A DNA stretch of 63,963 nt, counting the filler, from a candidate division TA06 bacterium SM23_40 (GTDB lineage Bacteria; LJUI01; SM1-40), in the NCBI GenBank assembly GCA_001303705.1. It is 5 parts of 5 records of this genome, joined end to end, with 100 filler letters (N's around TTAATTAATTAA, not from the genome) between each part and the next. Parts side by side here need not be neighbours in the genome. Positions count along the whole stretch, not along the records: positions 26,235 to 39,098 come from LJUI01000071.1; positions 39,199 to 51,826 come from LJUI01000072.1; 3 more parts are not named here. One strand, given 5' to 3'. Numbering within the stretch: position 1 is the first letter of the stretch; the number at the start of each line of letters is the position of its first letter. The position numbers and the translations under genes are program-made. Shown in pieces: positions 37,903 through 48,460 of the stretch. The notes beneath the pieces were generated by a model that was not told the DNA's origin, did not search any database, and was given only the letters and a program-made list of their open reading frames with translations.

Positions 37903-38871
37903 CTATTGGCCGCCGAGTTCTTTCAACCGTTCCAGCCGTTCCGGCTCGTTGGCGACGTGCCACTCATCCATCGAGAGGATGTCATAGGCGCGTTTGAAGT
38001 TGTCGCGCGCCTCCTCGTCTCTGCCCAGGAGAAGCAGACACTCACCGAGCTCCTCGAAGACGTATCCGCTGGGTTCGAGGTCCTTCTCCTCGATCTCTGC
38101 CCGGAGCGCCGTCTGGATCGCAAGGGCCTCCTCGATCCTCCCCAGGGATCGGTATGTCCTGGCGAGGGTCCACTTCGCGATCCTGGTGCCGCGCTCATCG
38201 TTCTGTTCCTCGCGCCATCTCAGGGATTTTTCGAACAACTCCAGGGCCCTGTCATACTCACCCAGATCGTGATATGTCCACCCGGTGTTGTTGTACAGAG
38301 GTCCCAGCCATTTCTTTGCCCGTTCGTCCGTCGTCTTCTCCGTCAGTTCGATCGCCTTCTCAGCCCATCCCAGTTGTCTCTCGGGCGGCTCTGCGATCGC
38401 AAGCATATGCGCTGCGTCGATGGCATAGTAGTCCTCCCCGTGTGCCTGGCCGAGTTCCAACGCCTTGAGGAAATACGGTATCGCTTTCTCGGGCTTGCCG
38501 GAGGAGTTGTACACTCTACCTCGCTCGAGGAGGTACCTGATTCTTGCCACGAGGAGGTCATCTGTCAGAAGCGTCTCGACGGTATCGAGGGTCGCGTGTG
38601 CCTCCTCGAACTGTCGCTGCAGCCCCTGGGTGCGCGCGATCTGCGTCATGAGCTGAGCGTAGTACGATATGTCTCCGGACGCCTTGGCCTTGGGGACCAG
38701 CTCGCGGAACTCGATCTCGGTCTGCTGAGGGTTAGCATAGTCCCACAGGGCATCGAAATCGGGGAGAGGCTCCAGCTCCTGTCTCGAGCGCGAAGCAGTC
38801 GCGCATCCTCCCATGATAATGACGGTCACGCAGAGCGTGACAATGCCGAGAGAAACGAGTATGCTCTTCAT
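37903..38871 (-). CDS. TPR-repeat lipoprotein
   Basis: Lipobox MGGC, FDALWDYANP, TQIARTQGL, LERGRVYNS, YNNTGWTYHDLGEY; SD GAGGAGG. Confidence 0.87.
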   Translation of the reverse strand: MKSILVSLGIVTLCVTVIIMGGCATASRSRQELEPLPDFDALWDYANPQQTEIEFRELVPKAKASGDISYYAQLMTQIARTQGLQRQFEEAHATLDTVETLLTDDLLVARIRYLLERGRVYNSSGKPEKAIPYFLKALELGQAHGEDYYAIDAAHMLAIAEPPERQLGWAEKAIELTEKTTDERAKKWLGPLYNNTGWTYHDLGEYDRALELFEKSLRWREEQNDERGTRIAKWTLARTYRSLGRIEEALAIQTALRAEIEEKDLEPSGYVFEELGECLLLLGRDEEARDNFKRAYDILSMDEWHVANEPERLERLKELGGQ

Positions 38872-39098
38872 CTGCTCCCTCCTCATGGTATGCCTTCTAA
38901 CTCGATCCTTCAGCAGGGCCTGGCTCGGGAAACGGATTCCCCTTTTCGACGGCGCGTCGGATAGCCTGCATCGCCTTCCCAATGGGCAGTCCCGCCCCCT
39001 CAGACTTTGGCCTGCCCGCACGGTACGATCACCAGGAAATCTCTCACTTGCGCCTTCCCTTTGCACGAGTGCTTCGCCTCTTCGGACGAGTACTCCGT

Positions 39099-39198
39099 NN
39101 NNNNNNNNNNNNNNNNNNNNNNNNNNNNNNNNNNNNNNNNNNTTAATTAATTAANNNNNNNNNNNNNNNNNNNNNNNNNNNNNNNNNNNNNNNNNNNN
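39099..39198. other. Artificial contig linker
   Basis: N run with central TTAATTAATTAA. Confidence 0.98.
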
Positions 39199-39199
39199 G

Positions 39200-39982
39200 C
39201 CACATCTCATACCCCATTTCGGCGACGAATATATAGGCAACATCTCATCAAAAGCGATAGAACAGTATGTCGCGAAGCGTCGTGAATACGTCGCACCCGC
39301 CACAGTTAACCGTGAGCTTTCCTGTATCAAGCATCTCTATGCCAAAGCGATTGAGTGGGAGTACGTGCGAGAGAACCCAGCAAAGCCCGTGAAGAAGCTG
39401 AAGGAGCCTCCCGGTCGGGTGCGCTACCTGGAGCCAGAGGAGATCGAAGCGCTGCTCAACGCCTGCTCTCGTCACCTTCGCCCCATCGTCGTAACCGCTC
39501 TCCACACAGGAATGCGGAAGTCAGAGATACTCTCTCTTCGCTGGTCGCAGGTAGACTTCCGCAACAGGACAATCGCTATCGAGAAGAGCAAGAATAACGA
39601 GGCACGTGCAATCCCCATCGACGATGTCTTACTGGCCGAACTCAAAAAAACCCCTCGACATCTCCACGGGACGTATGTATTCTGTAAGGGTGATGGCAAG
39701 GCCTGGAGGAGCATTGATGTAGGCTTCCGGGCAGCCGTCAAGCGCGCTGGTATCGAAGGGTTCCGATTCCACGACCTTCGGCATACGTTCGCCTCCTATC
39801 TCGTGATGTCCGGGAGTGACCTGAGGACAGTTCAGCAACTCCTCGGGCACAAGGGCCTGGCCATGACGATGCGATATGCTCATCTTGCCCAGGGACACCT
39901 CCAGCAGGCAGTGAACCGACTACCGTCGGTGTTGGGAGTTGGCACAAATCCGGCACAACCGGCCGGCCGCAAAGAATCATGA
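39200..39982 (+). mobile_element. int: Phage/ICE-type tyrosine integrase (5' lost in gap)
   Basis: Frame open from the gap (APATVNRELSCIKHLY); catalytic motifs TGMRKSE, KSKN, FHDLRH, LLGH, MTMRYAH. Confidence 0.93.
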
Positions 39983-40009
39983 TGGCGTAAGTCTTTGAAA
40001 AACAAGCGT

Positions 40010-40098
40010 GCCGAAGTGGCGGAACTGGCAGACGCACCGGACTCAAAATCCGGCGGAGCTCACACTCCATGGGGGTTCGACTCCCCCCTTCGGCACCA
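40010..40098 (+). tRNA. tRNA-Leu(CAA)
   Basis: GCCGAAGTGGCGGAACTGGCAGACGCACCGGACTCAAAATCCGG...long variable arm...GGGGGTTCGACTCCCCCCTTCGGCACCA. Confidence 0.97.
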
Positions 40099-40239
40099 GA
40101 TGACAAAGAGCGCTTCCTTTCCCTCAATTCGTGTCCCGGGAATGGCTCATGCGACCCGCTTCACTCGACCCGGGCGTGCGCTCCTGCCCTGAAGACGATG
40201 TGCGCCATCCGGGCCCGAGACGCCTCGAGGAGATACTGT

Positions 40240-40416
40240 ATGTCCCCTTCCCCACCGATATTCCGGCGATTGAGGCTCGCGGGTGAGATCTTCCGATTCC
40301 TCGGTGCGCGGAAGAAGTGGTGGCTGTTTCCGATCGTAGGCATACTGATCGTCCTCGCGCTCTTCGTCTTCATCTTCGAGACGGGCGTAGGACCGATGAT
40401 TTATGCGCTGTTCTAG
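40240..40416 (+). CDS. Small membrane protein (DUF5989-like)
   Basis: EIFRFLGARKKWWLFPIV...PMIYALF; SD GAGGAG. Confidence 0.8.
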   Translation: MSPSPPIFRRLRLAGEIFRFLGARKKWWLFPIVGILIVLALFVFIFETGVGPMIYALF

Positions 40417-40654
40417 ATGATGTCAAACGACGCGACCGAACCGAGCAGTACACCCAGCCCGCCTGCTCCCTAGAGGAGACGTTCTTCAACAGGGATCCAG
40501 CAACCAGGCACAAACAGGTCCAGTTCCTTCTTCGGAACCGGACCTGTGCTTTCTTCCGTCGACACACATACGACACGCCGGGCGGCCGATCAGCGTATCG
40601 GCCACAGAGTGCCAGCCACGCGTACGTCCTCTGTCAGTGCGGCAACACCGGAGT

Positions 40655-41113
40655 TCATGTCATCGGTTCAGATCCCCCCACCCCAGGTGCACCGCTCGCT
40701 GCCGCGGCCTGGGCCGGCCTGTAGATGGCCGCGATGATGACTCCGACGATGAGGTAGATGATCATCCCGTAGATGAACCACTGAAGGGCGAGTAACCCCG
40801 GAACTGGATACGCAGCATAGCTGCCCAGGGCCATCGAAAGGTTCATCAGCAGTCCCAGCCAGAATCCAAATCGCAGGCCTTCGGCCAGACCGCGCCCCTC
40901 ATACCCTTTGTGAAAGATGAATACGAGGAGAAAGGAGATGATCAGGGTGAGGAGATACATGAGCGGCATCTTGCTCATCATATCCTCGCGCCACACATCA
41001 GCAGTCGCCTCATATGCCCCTTTCAGAATCAGGCCGTGGACGATGAAGTTCTGGAGGACTAAGAATGCGACGAAGACGACGACCCCGGCGATCACGAACC
41101 TCAACACGTTCAT
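40655..41113 (-). CDS. Four-TM membrane protein (DUF1761-like)
   Basis: Hydrophobic ORF, HGLILKGAY...WR...GLAEGLRFG; SD and its own promoter. Confidence 0.8.
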   Translation of the reverse strand: MNVLRFVIAGVVVFVAFLVLQNFIVHGLILKGAYEATADVWREDMMSKMPLMYLLTLIISFLLVFIFHKGYEGRGLAEGLRFGFWLGLLMNLSMALGSYAAYPVPGLLALQWFIYGMIIYLIVGVIIAAIYRPAQAAAASGAPGVGGSEPMT

Positions 41114-41170
41114 GTGCCTCCCCCCTGTTTCGGTGGATGACCAGTCTCTCCTTGTGATGTCGCAATCCGA

Positions 41171-41198
41171 ATTATAGGGATATCGTACCCTTCGTCAA
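41171..41198 (-). promoter_or_regulatory. sigma70-type promoter
   Basis: TTGACG-16 nt-TATAAT. Confidence 0.65.
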
Positions 41199-41410
41199 CC
41201 GGAAAGTCACATCCCTTCGGTTCGGTTGATGACAAGCTGGCTATACATTGTCAGGGAGCGATAGGCAGGATATGCGTCGTCGACTCCGGATACGATCTCT
41301 CGAGAATGGGCGGAGCTTCACTGATATCCGGGGGTGGAATGTCTGAAGGGGAAATCTGAAGGGGTATGAAAGAGGAATCTCGCATCTCAAAATGCTTCGG
41401 AAGAGCGTGA

Positions 41411-41899
41411 TCATCTCTCAGGAAGAGAGTGAGAGACGATACATATCCTCCCTCTCCTCGCTGCCTCGCTCCTCATGAGCGCCTCGAGACACTCGACGAG
41501 GCCACTCGCGGTGGTCGCATCTCCAGGATAGATGGCTATCCCGATGAGCGCCCCCGGCGCGGTCCCCCGATCGTGGAGGGACTGAGGGGGCCGGGTCGAC
41601 TCGGCCAGACGATGGGCAAGGGCCAGTGCACCGGATTCAGCCGTCTCGGGAAGAATGAGAAAATGGGTGCCATCTTCGGCCGGAACGCACACGTCAGTTC
41701 GCCGTATGCTCGACCGTATGACCGAAAGCACAACATGCTCCCGGTCTCCATCCCCCTCACCGGGAGAGGAAGAGGGAGCGGCATTCCTGTACGCGACAAG
41801 AGCCAGAAAGTGGCTATAGCGAGTAGCTCGCCACACTTCTGACTCGAGCCGATACCGAAGACCCTGTTCGCGCGTACCCATTATTCCAGTTAACCTCAC
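41411..41899 (-). CDS. Degenerate GGDEF-like domain protein
   Basis: [12 protein letters not shown]...LALV...SIRRTD...FLILPET...GALALAHRL...[15 protein letters not shown] replaced by EDGTH. Confidence 0.7.
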   Translation of the reverse strand: MRLTGIMGTREQGLRYRLESEVWRATRYSHFLALVAYRNAAPSSSPGEGDGDREHVVLSVIRSSIRRTDVCVPAEDGTHFLILPETAESGALALAHRLAESTRPPQSLHDRGTAPGALIGIAIYPGDATTASGLVECLEALMRSEAARRGRICIVSHSLPER

Positions 41900-42711
41900 C
41901 GCGCCCCTCGACGCCTCAGCATGACTGCGACAGTCTGCAGCATGATCTTGAGGTCGAGCACGACGTTCGCTTCCCGTATGTACTTGAGATCGTATTCGAG
42001 TTTCCGTCTCACCGTCTCGAGAGACGAATCGTACGAGCAGTTGATCTGGGCCAGCCCGGTGATACCCGGTCGCGCGCTCAGCCGCTCCCGGTACCCCGGC
42101 ACCTTTTCTGCAAGCTCAACAGTGAAACAGGGGCGTTCGGGCCGGGGACCCACCACGCTCATATCGCCGCACAGGATGTTGAACAACTGCGGCAGCTCAT
42201 CGAGGCGGGTCAGACGGAGTACCCGTCCTACTCTCGTAACCCGGGGATCGTTCTCCGCTGCCCAGATCGGCCCGGTCGTCCTCTCGGCATCCTGTCGCAT
42301 TGAACGGAATTTGTAGATGATAAAGGGCCTCCCGCCGACATCACACTCACGACGGCCGCCATTGCGCCGATCCCGGCTGTATACCATGGGGATTCTACGC
42401 CGATCGCCGTTACGACGATTTCGCCCGACCCGCTCCTGCCGGTAGATGACCGGCCCCCCTGAGTCGAGTCTCGTCGCGATGGAGACGACGAGGAAGAACG
42501 GTGAGAAAACCAGCAGAAAGAGAGATGACAGGATGAGATCGAGGCCACGTTTGGCAACATGCCCGACGGTCTCGACAAGCCGCTCCCAGCACTCGCCCCG
42601 CAATACCGATCTCGGCACTACGGAGAGCATAGTGATCGATGTTACCCAGAGCACGGGCGCTATCACCGCAGCCTGGGCAACCGAATGTATCCTCCGCTCC
42701 CTCAACCGCAC
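41896..42711 (-). CDS. Priming phosphoglycosyl transferase (bacterial sugar transferase)
   Basis: [58 protein letters not shown]. Confidence 0.93.
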   Translation of the reverse strand: MRLRERRIHSVAQAAVIAPVLWVTSITMLSVVPRSVLRGECWERLVETVGHVAKRGLDLILSSLFLLVFSPFFLVVSIATRLDSGGPVIYRQERVGRNRRNGDRRRIPMVYSRDRRNGGRRECDVGGRPFIIYKFRSMRQDAERTTGPIWAAENDPRVTRVGRVLRLTRLDELPQLFNILCGDMSVVGPRPERPCFTVELAEKVPGYRERLSARPGITGLAQINCSYDSSLETVRRKLEYDLKYIREANVVLDLKIMLQTVAVMLRRRGAR

Positions 42712-42822
42712 TCCAAGAAACCCTCCCTTACGGGCTGTGTGCTCGATTCCTCGTCACGGGCCGGTTCGCCGACACCGCGCACCTCTCGTGCCCCGATGTC
42801 CACCGACCCTGTCACAGAATAG

Positions 42823-42838
42823 AGCAAGAACCGTGCCC
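42823..42838 (-). promoter_or_regulatory. sigma54 (-24/-12) promoter
   Basis: GGGCACGGTTCTTGCT, GG-N10-GC. Confidence 0.65.
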
Positions 42839-43149
42839 GGTACGGCCGGACCACCCCACGATCCGCCCACGCGGGGCACGCTCGCGGACCAGTCCGAGAA
42901 TGTGCACGAGGGGTATGAGCTAAGACACCATTTTCTAGGGACTTACACCTGAGAAGGCAACACCCCGCAGGGTGAGGAAGGGCAGTGAATCGGGCGGCGG
43001 CTACGGAATGATGAAAACGCCCGGGGGAGGAGGTGAACAGAAAGATGGTAACTGTTCACACAGAGATGTGAGGTTCTGTCGGTTGGGAGTATGGCCCCCG
43101 GGCCATACGGACTGGGGCCCGGGTACGATATCAGAGGATACGGGACCGA

Positions 43150-45117
43150 TCAGCGGGCAACGACCACCTTCTGCACGCGAGCATCGCCTCTCGCCTCGAG
43201 ACGGCAGAGATAGACGCCCGAAGCCACCGGCCTTCCACCGTCGTCTTTCGAGTCCCACGCTACGTCTGTTCTCCCGGCCTCGCACCTGCCGGAGAACACT
43301 TCGCGTACCCGCGAGCCGAGGCAGTTGTACAGCGTCACTCGGGCCCGACCGGCAGCCGAGAGCGTGAGCGAGAAGGTGCAGCCGTCTCGCACCGGATGGG
43401 GAAGCGGACGAGAAAGACCCAGGAATCCATCAAGTGAGTCCTCTACCCCGGGCTCGGTCGTGATCGCGAAATCGGCCTGGCTCGCATCGACGAAATAGGA
43501 TCCCTCATCATCGTATGCGGTCACCCGGACCCGTGCGGCTGCCGTTGATGTATCGGGAACGACCCAGGTATAGAGGGTATCGATAAGGGGGACACGTGCA
43601 ATCTCATCAGGATATGTGGCGCCGCCGTCGAGTGAGAGCTCGATGAGGAGCGAATCTCGCGTTGTGGGATGCCGCCTCGACCATTGTATGTCAGACTCCT
43701 CATACGGGACCAGCTCCTCCCCGCCGTTCGGGGCGAGCAGCTCGGGTTGGGGCCGCATGACGAGAATCGCTCCCTCGTTGTTCCGGAGGCTGATCTCGCT
43801 CACGTTCTCCCCGATAACGCCTTCGGAAGATATGGGCCGGTACACACTGGTGAGTGGCTGGACGACCTCCGGATCGTCGAATGATCCCCCGCTCGTGCGC
43901 GTCCTCACGACCGCACCCCCCCACTCGTACTGGCGTCCCCATATGGTCCAGTTTGTCCCCTGACTCAGTACGGTACGCGGCCCGAGGACGGTACCGATGT
44001 CGAGCTCTATGGCCGGGAACCAGTTGTACTCGCTCGGCGTCGCCCCATACCCCGAAGAGGTATACCCCCAGTGACACCGGGGTTCTGCAAGTATGTAGTA
44101 GAGCGCCAGTGTGTACAGCCGTGACCGCTCGCACCACTCATGGCCCGGAGGCGCACCGGCAGCGTGTATCAATACGGACATCCCGGTGGCAGAGAGGCTG
44201 TCGACGCGATCGAAGAACGCCTGCCCGAACCACTCGTTCCACTGCACGAAATACTCGAGGATTCCGCTATCGACATGTTCAGCAACCCGATTACCCCAGT
44301 ACCACCCGTAGGGCTGCCAGCTCGAACTCGAGCTCCCGATCAGATTAACCATGAGGTGGGGCTCGGCCGTTGCCTGTTCGAGTGAATCGCGGACCTCATC
44401 TAGCAAGAGTATGAGATCGTTCACCCAGACCGAGTCGCGATTCGGCGCGCTGGGGTATTCGTTGATCTCCCAATTCGATGGTTGAGGATACCCGTAGGCA
44501 TGAAGGTATTCGATAGTATTGGTGAGTCGGGTCATCGTGTTATCGTACATGAAACCGTCGATAAAGTACCCGTCATGACTGATCTGGAGCCACTTACGGC
44601 AGAACCACGCGAAGAACCGCCTGAAGTCCGGCTCTCCAATGTCGTACATGTAACTGTTCCACCAGTCGACAGGCACTCGGGCCAGGCTCTCGGCCGGCGC
44701 ACTTCCCCCTCCCCATCCCAGCACGGTGCCGGGCGAGCCCTCATACCGTGGCCAACACTCGGTATCCTGATAGAAGTGGAGGAACATCTCCTCCACCTCT
44801 ATTCCTTCCCGGACACAGAAGGCGTACAGGCTGTCGTGGAGTTCGGCGTCATCCTGTCCGTTGTGGAATTGGAGATACCGGACGACCGGAGCTTCCGAGC
44901 CGAAGGCACGGAGCAGCGGAAGGTACGTGCGCCCTCCATCGAGGAGATCCATGTGCTCTGCGACGAATTGCACCTCGGACTCGGGGAGACCCGAATGGTA
45001 AAAGATCATCCACGTATCGATATGAGGGAAGACCGAGGCACCGACGCCCACCGCACTCACGCACAAGCCGATCAGGATCGATGCCGCGATAACGCCTCCC
45101 CTGATCCGTACTCCCAT
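43150..45117 (-). CDS. Secreted putative glycoside hydrolase (GHL15-like) with Ig domain and T9SS/FlgD-type C-terminal domain
   Basis: Signal peptide, IDGFMYDN, GILEYF, LALYYIL, ELDIG...WGRQYEWG, APNGGEEL, YNCLGSRVR...WDSKD...VASGVYLCRL. Confidence 0.75.
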   Translation of the reverse strand: MGVRIRGGVIAASILIGLCVSAVGVGASVFPHIDTWMIFYHSGLPESEVQFVAEHMDLLDGGRTYLPLLRAFGSEAPVVRYLQFHNGQDDAELHDSLYAFCVREGIEVEEMFLHFYQDTECWPRYEGSPGTVLGWGGGSAPAESLARVPVDWWNSYMYDIGEPDFRRFFAWFCRKWLQISHDGYFIDGFMYDNTMTRLTNTIEYLHAYGYPQPSNWEINEYPSAPNRDSVWVNDLILLLDEVRDSLEQATAEPHLMVNLIGSSSSSWQPYGWYWGNRVAEHVDSGILEYFVQWNEWFGQAFFDRVDSLSATGMSVLIHAAGAPPGHEWCERSRLYTLALYYILAEPRCHWGYTSSGYGATPSEYNWFPAIELDIGTVLGPRTVLSQGTNWTIWGRQYEWGGAVVRTRTSGGSFDDPEVVQPLTSVYRPISSEGVIGENVSEISLRNNEGAILVMRPQPELLAPNGGEELVPYEESDIQWSRRHPTTRDSLLIELSLDGGATYPDEIARVPLIDTLYTWVVPDTSTAAARVRVTAYDDEGSYFVDASQADFAITTEPGVEDSLDGFLGLSRPLPHPVRDGCTFSLTLSAAGRARVTLYNCLGSRVREVFSGRCEAGRTDVAWDSKDDGGRPVASGVYLCRLEARGDARVQKVVVAR

Positions 45118-45293
45118 CCTTGTACTCCTCTCCCCGCCAGACAGAGGGCACGATACTCGCCCCGCTGCCCGCCGGAGCGATTGGTGCAGGTGAGGTCTCC
45201 TCCGGTATGCCACAAGATAGAAGTGGGGGAAGTCGACTCCAGAAGTCGTCTCCCCCGCCACCGGAATATCATACCATAGCAGAACAGGCTGTG

Positions 45294-47972
45294 TCAAGGC
45301 GAAATCGACGTACCCTCCACTGCCCCTCTTACCGCCCGAAACAGCTCGAGCAATCCATAGGGTTTCTGCAGGAATCGAAATCCTCGTGCGCGCACCACAG
45401 ACCGCTGCACCTTCCGCTCCGCGTACCCGCTGCTCAGCAGGACCCGGAGTTCCGGGTTGCGGCCGAGAAGCTGGTCCACAAGTTGAAGACCGGTTATGTC
45501 GGGCAATATGATATCGGTAAAGATCAGATGGAAATCTCTCCCCTCCTCCTCAAAAATGTCCAGAGTCTCCTTGGCATTTCGGGCCGTGAACACGACATAT
45601 CCGTTTCTGCGAAGCGCCTTGGCCGCCAGATCACACAGCCGCTCTTCATCCTCCACGAGCAGAATCCGTTCTCCTCTGCCCTCGAGGCTCTCACGGGATT
45701 CAGCCTCTCGAGCCTCCTCGACGGGCTTCAAGGAAAATGCGGGCAGATAGACCCTGAATGTCGTACCCTGTCCCGGCTCGCTGTGAACGTTCATCCACCC
45801 TCCATGTTGCTCGACAACGCCATAGGCGACGGAGAGCCCGAGTCCGATCCCGCGCTCCTTGGTACTGTAGAACGGTTCGAAGATGCGTTGTAGAACATCC
45901 TCATCCATGCCGACACCTTCGTCCTCAACCGACATGCAGACGAATCGACCTGGCCGCGCTCCGGGAATACCAGCGCAGTCCGCCTCTCCAAGCACTACGT
46001 TCTCCGTCTTGATTGTGAATGTGCCTCCTCCGGGCATGGCATCTCTCGCGTTGACGGCCAGGTTCATAATCACCTGCTCTATCTTTCCTGCATCGGCCCG
46101 CACCGTCCAGACCGCCGGGTCGAGGTCGGTCCTGATCGCGATATCCTCACCGAGGGAGCGCTCGAGCATCTTGAGAAACTCCTCGACAGTCCTGTTTATG
46201 CGGAGCGGTGTGGCCTCCATCGGCTGCTTACGGCTGAAGAGGAGTAACTGACGGGTTAGTTTCGCGGCGTGCTCAGCGGTAGCGCGTATCTGCTCGAGCT
46301 CTCCATTGAGCGGATTGGCCGACCCTATCTTCATCATCGCCAGATCACAGTATCCCTGGATGACGGACAGCAGGTTGTTGAAGTCATGGGCAACTCCTCC
46401 CGCCAGTGTGCCGATAGCCTCCATCTTCTGCGCCTGGAGAAGTTGATCCTGGGTCAATCTCAGCTCGTTGAGGCCTCTCTTCAACTCCTGCACCAGCTTC
46501 GCCTTGCGCCAGGCACCGGCCAACTGATGGGCGAAGGCGGTGACCGTCGGGATGTCGTCCTCGGAGAGGTGTTCCGACTGCACCGCGAGAGTACCGATCA
46601 CCTTATTATCCACTATGAGAGGAGCATCGATCGACTTCGGGATGTTCAGCATCCCGACCATCTCTCTGGCCGATTCCCTCTTCGGTCCAGGGAATATCTG
46701 AGTCGTGATGTCTTCGACGTTGTCGCAGAAAACAGTCTCTTTCTCGCGGACTATCCTTCTATAGAACTCCACGGTATCGATTGGCACGGATAACTCTCGG
46801 GCAGTGATGCCCATCAACTCCTCAACCGCCTCCACGAGTCCACTGTCGTGGCTCTGGTACTCTATGGACAGCCTGCTCTGACTCTCATCTGTCACCCAGA
46901 CGATGCAGGTGAAGCCCACCTTCTTGAACTCCTCGCCAACGATGGAGAATATCTGCTCGGGGGTGCCGGCCCTCTCCATACCGAGAGCTGCCGCATTCAA
47001 CGTCTGGAGAAGCTGCTCGGTCCTCTTTCGTTCAGCGATCTCCTGCTGAAGTTGGATATTGGCCGCGGTGAGCTCAGCAGTGCGTTCCTCAACCCGCCGT
47101 TCCAGCCCCTGATGCGCTCTTTCCAGGGTCTCCTCCATCAGCTTGCGCTCGGTGATGTCTCGGTCGATCCCGCGATAACCGAGAAGTTCGCCCCGTTGAT
47201 CGAGGATCGGCTCGCCGCTTGTCTCGAGCCAGACCAATCGCCCGGTCTCGTGTACGTTCTGGTTCTCCAGTCTCTCGAATGGTCGCCTTTCCTTCGCGAT
47301 CGCCTCGAACTCGGCGCGGATCCGTTCCGCCTCCTCGGGCGGCATCAGATCGAATGGCGTCTTGCCGATTATCTCCTCGGGCTCATATCCAAGCAGGTCT
47401 CTCACTTTCGGGCTGGCATAGGTATACACCGCGTTGACGTCCACCTCCCAGATCCAGTCGCTCGTACTCTCGGTGAGAGCCCGGAAGCGCTCTTTGCTCT
47501 TCCGCAGAGCATCCTCCGCCAGCCGATACTCGGTGATGTCCCGCAACAGAGTGACGACCCCGGTCACTCTCTTTTCTTCGATGATCGGTATCTTCCGCAC
47601 CTCACAATGCAGCTCACTATTCTCGAATTCCAGGCTCTCCTCAGTCGTCAGAGTCTTTCCGGTCTCGAACACACGATGATAATCATCACGGACTCTATCA
47701 GACAAGAAGGGGAATATCTCGAATAGTCCTCGCCCTATCACGTCGGTCTCTATACCGAATTTCTCGTTCCACTGTCGGAGGACCGCGTTGATTAGCACCA
47801 ATCGAAAATCAGTATCTACGATGAATGCCCCGACGTCCATCGAATCGAAGATCGTTCGGTACGGTAGCGGTAGTTCCTGCAACATCTCGTCCACCCGATT
47901 GCGTTCGTTGGTCTGCGGCAACGACTGCTCGCTGCCCCCCTTCAACTCAGAGGTATCTCCGTTCTGCATCAT
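45294..47972 (-). CDS. Hybrid sensor kinase PAS-PAS-GAF-HisKA-HATPase-REC
   Basis: QKMEAIGTLAGGVAHDFNN, NLAVNARDAM, DEGVGM, GLGLS, ILLVEDE, TDIILP, KPY. Confidence 0.95.
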   Translation of the reverse strand: MMQNGDTSELKGGSEQSLPQTNERNRVDEMLQELPLPYRTIFDSMDVGAFIVDTDFRLVLINAVLRQWNEKFGIETDVIGRGLFEIFPFLSDRVRDDYHRVFETGKTLTTEESLEFENSELHCEVRKIPIIEEKRVTGVVTLLRDITEYRLAEDALRKSKERFRALTESTSDWIWEVDVNAVYTYASPKVRDLLGYEPEEIIGKTPFDLMPPEEAERIRAEFEAIAKERRPFERLENQNVHETGRLVWLETSGEPILDQRGELLGYRGIDRDITERKLMEETLERAHQGLERRVEERTAELTAANIQLQQEIAERKRTEQLLQTLNAAALGMERAGTPEQIFSIVGEEFKKVGFTCIVWVTDESQSRLSIEYQSHDSGLVEAVEELMGITARELSVPIDTVEFYRRIVREKETVFCDNVEDITTQIFPGPKRESAREMVGMLNIPKSIDAPLIVDNKVIGTLAVQSEHLSEDDIPTVTAFAHQLAGAWRKAKLVQELKRGLNELRLTQDQLLQAQKMEAIGTLAGGVAHDFNNLLSVIQGYCDLAMMKIGSANPLNGELEQIRATAEHAAKLTRQLLLFSRKQPMEATPLRINRTVEEFLKMLERSLGEDIAIRTDLDPAVWTVRADAGKIEQVIMNLAVNARDAMPGGGTFTIKTENVVLGEADCAGIPGARPGRFVCMSVEDEGVGMDEDVLQRIFEPFYSTKERGIGLGLSVAYGVVEQHGGWMNVHSEPGQGTTFRVYLPAFSLKPVEEAREAESRESLEGRGERILLVEDEERLCDLAAKALRRNGYVVFTARNAKETLDIFEEEGRDFHLIFTDIILPDITGLQLVDQLLGRNPELRVLLSSGYAERKVQRSVVRARGFRFLQKPYGLLELFRAVRGAVEGTSISP

Positions 47973-48460
47973 AACCACCTCCCACAACGCCAGGCAACTC
48001 CGTCAGCCGGGCTCGGCAGAGAACGGAGTGCCCCGGCAGACCCGCCTTGACCCGAGACCGTAGCCACGAGTCTGCCAAGCTCACAAGAAGCTACACGCTA
48101 CAGGGGAGAGCCCCTCAACGCGAGCCCGCGGGATCCGGGAATCATCCGGACAGTCCAGCGTGCGCACCATACCTGTGACTCAGTGCGATAGGGGCGCACT
48201 CACGGTGAAGGCACGAGACACGCCCCCTATCCACCAGCTGGAGCACACACCGGCGTGCTTACCATGGGCGCAGCCAGCAAGAGTACGTATCATCATGCTC
48301 GATCGGGCAGGAAACGTGGGAAATGCAGATCGTGGGATTGCGGAGCTTGAAACTTGTTCGATATAGAGTGCCGGTCGCGATCGAGAGCACCTTCCCTGCG
48401 TCCACTGATTCTGCCAGAGACTCTCTCTTCTGTCAATCGGAATCGCCCGCAGGCGCGGAT

